Assembly: GCA_044226625.1 (NCBI GenBank)
Contig: JBGAGQ010000023.1
Location: 1 to 64,000 of the forward strand
Direction of reading: 5' to 3'
Source of the DNA: Thermoanaerobaculia bacterium
GTDB lineage: Bacteria > Acidobacteriota > Thermoanaerobaculia > Multivoradales > UBA5704
Length of the DNA: 64,000 nt
Shown: piece by piece, positions 60,518 through 64,000 of the stretch
Position numbering within the stretch: the first letter of the stretch is position 1
Layout of the letters: each line of letters opens with the position of its first letter
Made by a program: the position numbers and the translations under genes
Notes under the pieces: generated by a model
Databases searched by the model: none
Told to the model about the DNA's origin: nothing
The model's input: the letters and a program-made list of their open reading frames with translations, nothing else

Positions 60518-61935
60518 CGTTTGGGCTCCGGCCAGATGGGGCTCTGCACCCCGGTTTCGAGACGCGTCAGCGCCTCGACCGCGGCGCGGCGAACCGAGAA
60601 AACGGCACGCCGGCCCTCGAGCTCGGCTAGGGCGGCCGAGAGGACGTCGCCGCGATCGGCCGCGCCCACGTCGCGGCGGCGCTCCGCGTTGGCGACCGCG
60701 GCGGACCGTTCTCCCTGCGCTTGCTCCACCTTTTCGAGCACGGCGTGGATCGCGGCGTAGCTCTCGATCGCCGCGGCCGTTTCGGCGAGCGATCGCGCTT
60801 GGAGACTCTCCAACGCCGCGCCCGCCTCGGCGACGTGGGCGGTCGCTCGTTCGATCTCCGCGTGTGCGGCGGCGGCTCGCGGCAAGGTGAGCCCGACTCC
60901 GAGCACGACCTTCCGGTCGCCTTGGTCGTAGGTGAGCCCCGGGCCGAGCGTCCAATCCGGGAATCGCGCCGCCACGGCGGCGCGCAGGTCCGCGATCGCC
61001 GCGGCGTAACGGGTGAGCGGACGTCGAAGGTCGATGCGGGAGATCGTCGCGAGAGCTCTCAGCTCGTTGGACCGGCTTTCGGCGAACGGTCGAGGGAGCA
61101 CGTCCAGATCGGGAGGCTCGAAGAGCACATCGGACACCGCTTCGGGTCCGACGCCGAGCGCCACCGCAATGCGACCTCGCGCGGCGGTCTCCTCGAGGTG
61201 CGCCAGCTTGGCTTGGCCGGTCGCTCGCGCGAGGTCCGATTCGGCGGTCGCGAGGTCGGGCCGGGAGACGGCGCCCATTGCGAGTTGCGTCGACAGCCAT
61301 CGAGAGAAGTCCCCGCGCAGCCGAGCCTCTTCGTCCGCGAGCGCGCTCTCGCGGCGGGCTAGGGTGAGGTCGATCAGCGCCTGGCGAACCTCGGCTCGAA
61401 CCGCCCAAAGTGTGGCGGCGAGGTCCGCCTCGGCGAACGCCGCGTCCGAAGCGGCGCGCTCGGCGCGGAGCTGCCGCTTGCCATGGGTTTCGAGCGTCGC
61501 TCCGAGTGCAAGGGCGACGATCCAAGGAGAGAGGCCGCCAAGGGCCGAGGTGACAACTTCGGGGGTGAGCGAGATCGAGATCGGAGGCTTGGCCGCTGCG
61601 ACCCGAACGCCCGCGTTCGCCGCTTCGCTAGCCGCTCGGGCACCGGCCACCTCGCCTCGGAATCTCCATGCGACGACCGTGAGGGCGTCGAGGTCCCACG
61701 GGCCTGTGGACGTTTCGGCGGCCGGAAGGCCAGCCGCCGCCAGGACTCGTCGGACTTCGGGCATGTCGAGCCTTCGGCTGGCGATCGCGTTCGCGCTCCG
61801 CGCCGGGTCGAACGACGGCGGATTGAGGGGTGGAACGCTTGCGCAGCCGAAGAGGACGAGGAACACGACGCACGAAACGGAGAGCTTCAGGCCGAGAAGC
61901 CGACTGGTCCGCGATCTTCCGCCTCGGGGGCTCAT
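60514..61935 (-). CDS. TolC family outer membrane efflux lipoprotein
   Basis: Lipobox LFGC. 'LETHGKRQLR' and 'ARFPDWTLGPG'. First gene of the RND operon. Confidence 0.85.
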   Translation of the reverse strand: MSPRGGRSRTSRLLGLKLSVSCVVFLVLFGCASVPPLNPPSFDPARSANAIASRRLDMPEVRRVLAAAGLPAAETSTGPWDLDALTVVAWRFRGEVAGARAASEAANAGVRVAAAKPPISISLTPEVVTSALGGLSPWIVALALGATLETHGKRQLRAERAASDAAFAEADLAATLWAVRAEVRQALIDLTLARRESALADEEARLRGDFSRWLSTQLAMGAVSRPDLATAESDLARATGQAKLAHLEETAARGRIAVALGVGPEAVSDVLFEPPDLDVLPRPFAESRSNELRALATISRIDLRRPLTRYAAAIADLRAAVAARFPDWTLGPGLTYDQGDRKVVLGVGLTLPRAAAAHAEIERATAHVAEAGAALESLQARSLAETAAAIESYAAIHAVLEKVEQAQGERSAAVANAERRRDVGAADRGDVLSAALAELEGRRAVFSVRRAAVEALTRLETGVQSPIWPEPKR

Positions 61936-62034
61936 CGAGGAATGCTAGAAGGCCCTCCATGAGGGAAGGATGAATCGAGATCGGCGCACCTGACCTTCGC
62001 ATACACTGCCGGTCATCGACACGCGGGAGGGCCG

Positions 62035-62505
62035 ATGAAGCGCCAGGCGACCTATGAAGATTCCAATCTGATCCTCAAGCTGTACGAGGCGCGCCGGGAG
62101 GAGCGTCTGCGTAAGGCACGCGCCTGGCTGGTGTCGTCGTTCCATGCCAGGACCTATGCCGAGTTCCAGTCGCTCTGTCCCCCCGGGTCGGAGGAGAATG
62201 CGTCCTTTCGCATGGTGACGGGGTATTGGGAGATGGCGGCCTCGTTCGTCGCGAACGGAATCCTCCACCCGGAGCTCTACTTTCAGAACCATCAGGAGAT
62301 GTTGTTCGTCTGGGAGCGGATTCGCGACGTGGTCGCCGAGGCTCGAGCTCAGACGAAGAACCCGAACCTGGCCGTCAACATTGAGCGGGTGGCCCGCGAT
62401 CAGGTCGCGTGGCTCGAGCGGACGAGCCCCGGCTTCTTCGCCCTCTTCTCCGAGCGGGTTCGCACCCGGCCGGCGGCCTCCCCGCCCCCCGCCGCGCCCG
62501 GCTAG
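62035..62505 (+). CDS. Hypothetical protein (DUF4760-like)
   Basis: GGAGG RBS. 'LILKLYEARREERLRKARAW' and 'YWEMAASFV'. Confidence 0.65.
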   Translation: MKRQATYEDSNLILKLYEARREERLRKARAWLVSSFHARTYAEFQSLCPPGSEENASFRMVTGYWEMAASFVANGILHPELYFQNHQEMLFVWERIRDVVAEARAQTKNPNLAVNIERVARDQVAWLERTSPGFFALFSERVRTRPAASPPPAAPG

Positions 62506-63821
62506 CGCGCCGGCTGCTCGAGGGCGCTGCGCCCGAGACCGGGAAACGGCAGATCCGGGCTCGGCGCGGGGCGGCTCGAGTCGTTCGATCGTCCGATCGA
62601 GCGCAGAAAGGCGTCCGCCTTCTCCGCGAGATCCCCCGCCTCGCGGCTCCGGTTCTGTCGCAGCAGCACGTCGGCGAGCTCCAGGCCCACCTGGGCCGCC
62701 TCGCGCTGGAGTCCCTCGCGCTCCAACGCTTCATGGGCGAGGCGAAGCGCGCGCTCGGCGCTCGCAAGTTGGCCGAGCCCCTGGGCGATCCGCCCTTCGA
62801 TCCAGAGCCGGCGGCTTTCGACCGGAGGATGAGGGAATCGCTTGTAGGCGGGCCGTGACTCGGCGAGCATCCGGCGCCCCGCCAGGTAGAGGCCGGCCTC
62901 GGCGAGCATCGCGATCAGGTTGTGGCGGACGACCAAGCCGAGCCCCGGCTCGAGATTCGGATCGAGCAGCGGTAGGGCGAAGCGCAGCCGCTCGATCGCC
63001 CGCCCGCGGTCGTCGGCTTGGCGCGAGAGGTCGGCCAAGGCGACCTGGCAGCGACCGGCTCGGTGCTCCTCGCCCCCCGAGCGGAAGATCTCGAACGCGC
63101 GGACGAGAAAGTGCTCGGCTTCGGTGGCCCGTCCCTGGCGACGAAGGAGGGCGGACTTGAGGTTCCAAAGCTCCGCCCTTTCCAGGGGATCCCGGGTGCC
63201 CGATCGGAGGAGTCCCTCGGCGTCGGCGAAGCAACGCTCCGCCCGGTCGAGGTCGCGTTGTTCCTGGCTCGCGTAGGCGATGCGGCCAAGGCAGCGTGCG
63301 GCCAGATCCGCGAGCCGTGCCGTACCGTAGAACGTCGCGTCCAGGCGGTCCACCTGGAGGCGAGCCAGATGGGCGAGGCGTTCGGCCATCTCGGGCTCAC
63401 CGGCGAGCCGCTCGCGGCTCGCCTCGAGCAGCGTCTCGACGAACCCCCAGGAACGGCAGCGCGCGTCCCGTTCGAGCGCCTGTTCGATCTCAGCCCAAGG
63501 AAGTCCCGCGAGCGCCTTCCAGCACGCCGCGGCGTCGGCCCGTTCGTGCTCGAAGGAGGCAGCCCGCTTTAGCAACTGGTGCGAGCCGCGCCAAAGCACC
63601 GAGGCGTAATCGACACCGGCGGGCCAGGCGAGCACTCGACCGCCCCGTCGCTCGTGCCCGTCGATCCGATCGGAGCCGACCGGCCCGCGGGTGAGAGCCC
63701 GCGCCCGGGTTTGACAATCGCGGCACGAGGTCAAATGTGCCAGGGCGCGGTCGAGACCGGCGCCGCGCAACGAGTCGACGAGGCTTCGTAAAGTCAGCTC
63801 GTCGGGGTGGATACGCGGCAT
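62502..63821 (-). CDS. Zinc-finger (HxxxCxxC) + TPR protein
   Basis: 'HPDEL...HLTSCRDC' anti-sigma-like Zn motif followed by TPR-like helical repeats. Confidence 0.7.
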   Translation of the reverse strand: MPRIHPDELTLRSLVDSLRGAGLDRALAHLTSCRDCQTRARALTRGPVGSDRIDGHERRGGRVLAWPAGVDYASVLWRGSHQLLKRAASFEHERADAAACWKALAGLPWAEIEQALERDARCRSWGFVETLLEASRERLAGEPEMAERLAHLARLQVDRLDATFYGTARLADLAARCLGRIAYASQEQRDLDRAERCFADAEGLLRSGTRDPLERAELWNLKSALLRRQGRATEAEHFLVRAFEIFRSGGEEHRAGRCQVALADLSRQADDRGRAIERLRFALPLLDPNLEPGLGLVVRHNLIAMLAEAGLYLAGRRMLAESRPAYKRFPHPPVESRRLWIEGRIAQGLGQLASAERALRLAHEALEREGLQREAAQVGLELADVLLRQNRSREAGDLAEKADAFLRSIGRSNDSSRPAPSPDLPFPGLGRSALEQPAR

Positions 63822-64000
63822 CGAAAACCGGCCCCGGGAGTTCGAGAGAACGCGGAGAGGAGCCAACGAGGTGTGCTCATGGGTGAAGAGTTGCGCGAGG
63901 AGGCCAAAACCGAGACACGCGACGGAGAATCCAACGGGTTCGGTCAAGGGGCGATGGGTCCCGCCCACGTCGACCGGCGCGGTCCAGTCGGGGTTTCGGA

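Overview
GC-rich bacterial chromosomal window. It probably comes from Acidobacteriota (Thermoanaerobaculia-like); this is inferred from two ADOP-type orphan ABC permeases, a PadR regulator, 'PVELxxF'-ending secreted proteins and lineage-typical secreted repeat proteins. Most genes are housekeeping or accessory: pabB/pabC, ypfJ, csbD, VWA + AAA ATPase, trxB, sdaA, ferritin, DUF885, S8 protease, yhbY, LOG, ssb, dtd, MATE/DUF2239 and a CusCBA-like RND pump. Five things stand out. (1) An unannotated 58-aa RiPP-like precursor at 29001-29177 (LxLxKETL leader, GG site, Cys/Thr/Ser-rich core) sits next to a two-component system, with no maturation enzyme in the window. (2) A 13.6-kb tandem array of six secreted paralogs has variable N-terminal repeat regions and a conserved duplicated C-terminal domain. 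(3) An AT-rich non-coding array of TGTRYA motifs, phased at about 21 bp, lies upstream of a VapBC toxin-antitoxin pair. (4) An NLR-like CHAT protease-NTPase-TPR protein has near-identical DNA-level TPR repeats. (5) A shared C-terminal PVEL motif may be a sorting signal. Three genes carry apparent frameshifts, which may be real decay or assembly errors. No rRNA, tRNA, CRISPR array or transposase was recognised. All family assignments come from motif recognition by eye, not database searches.
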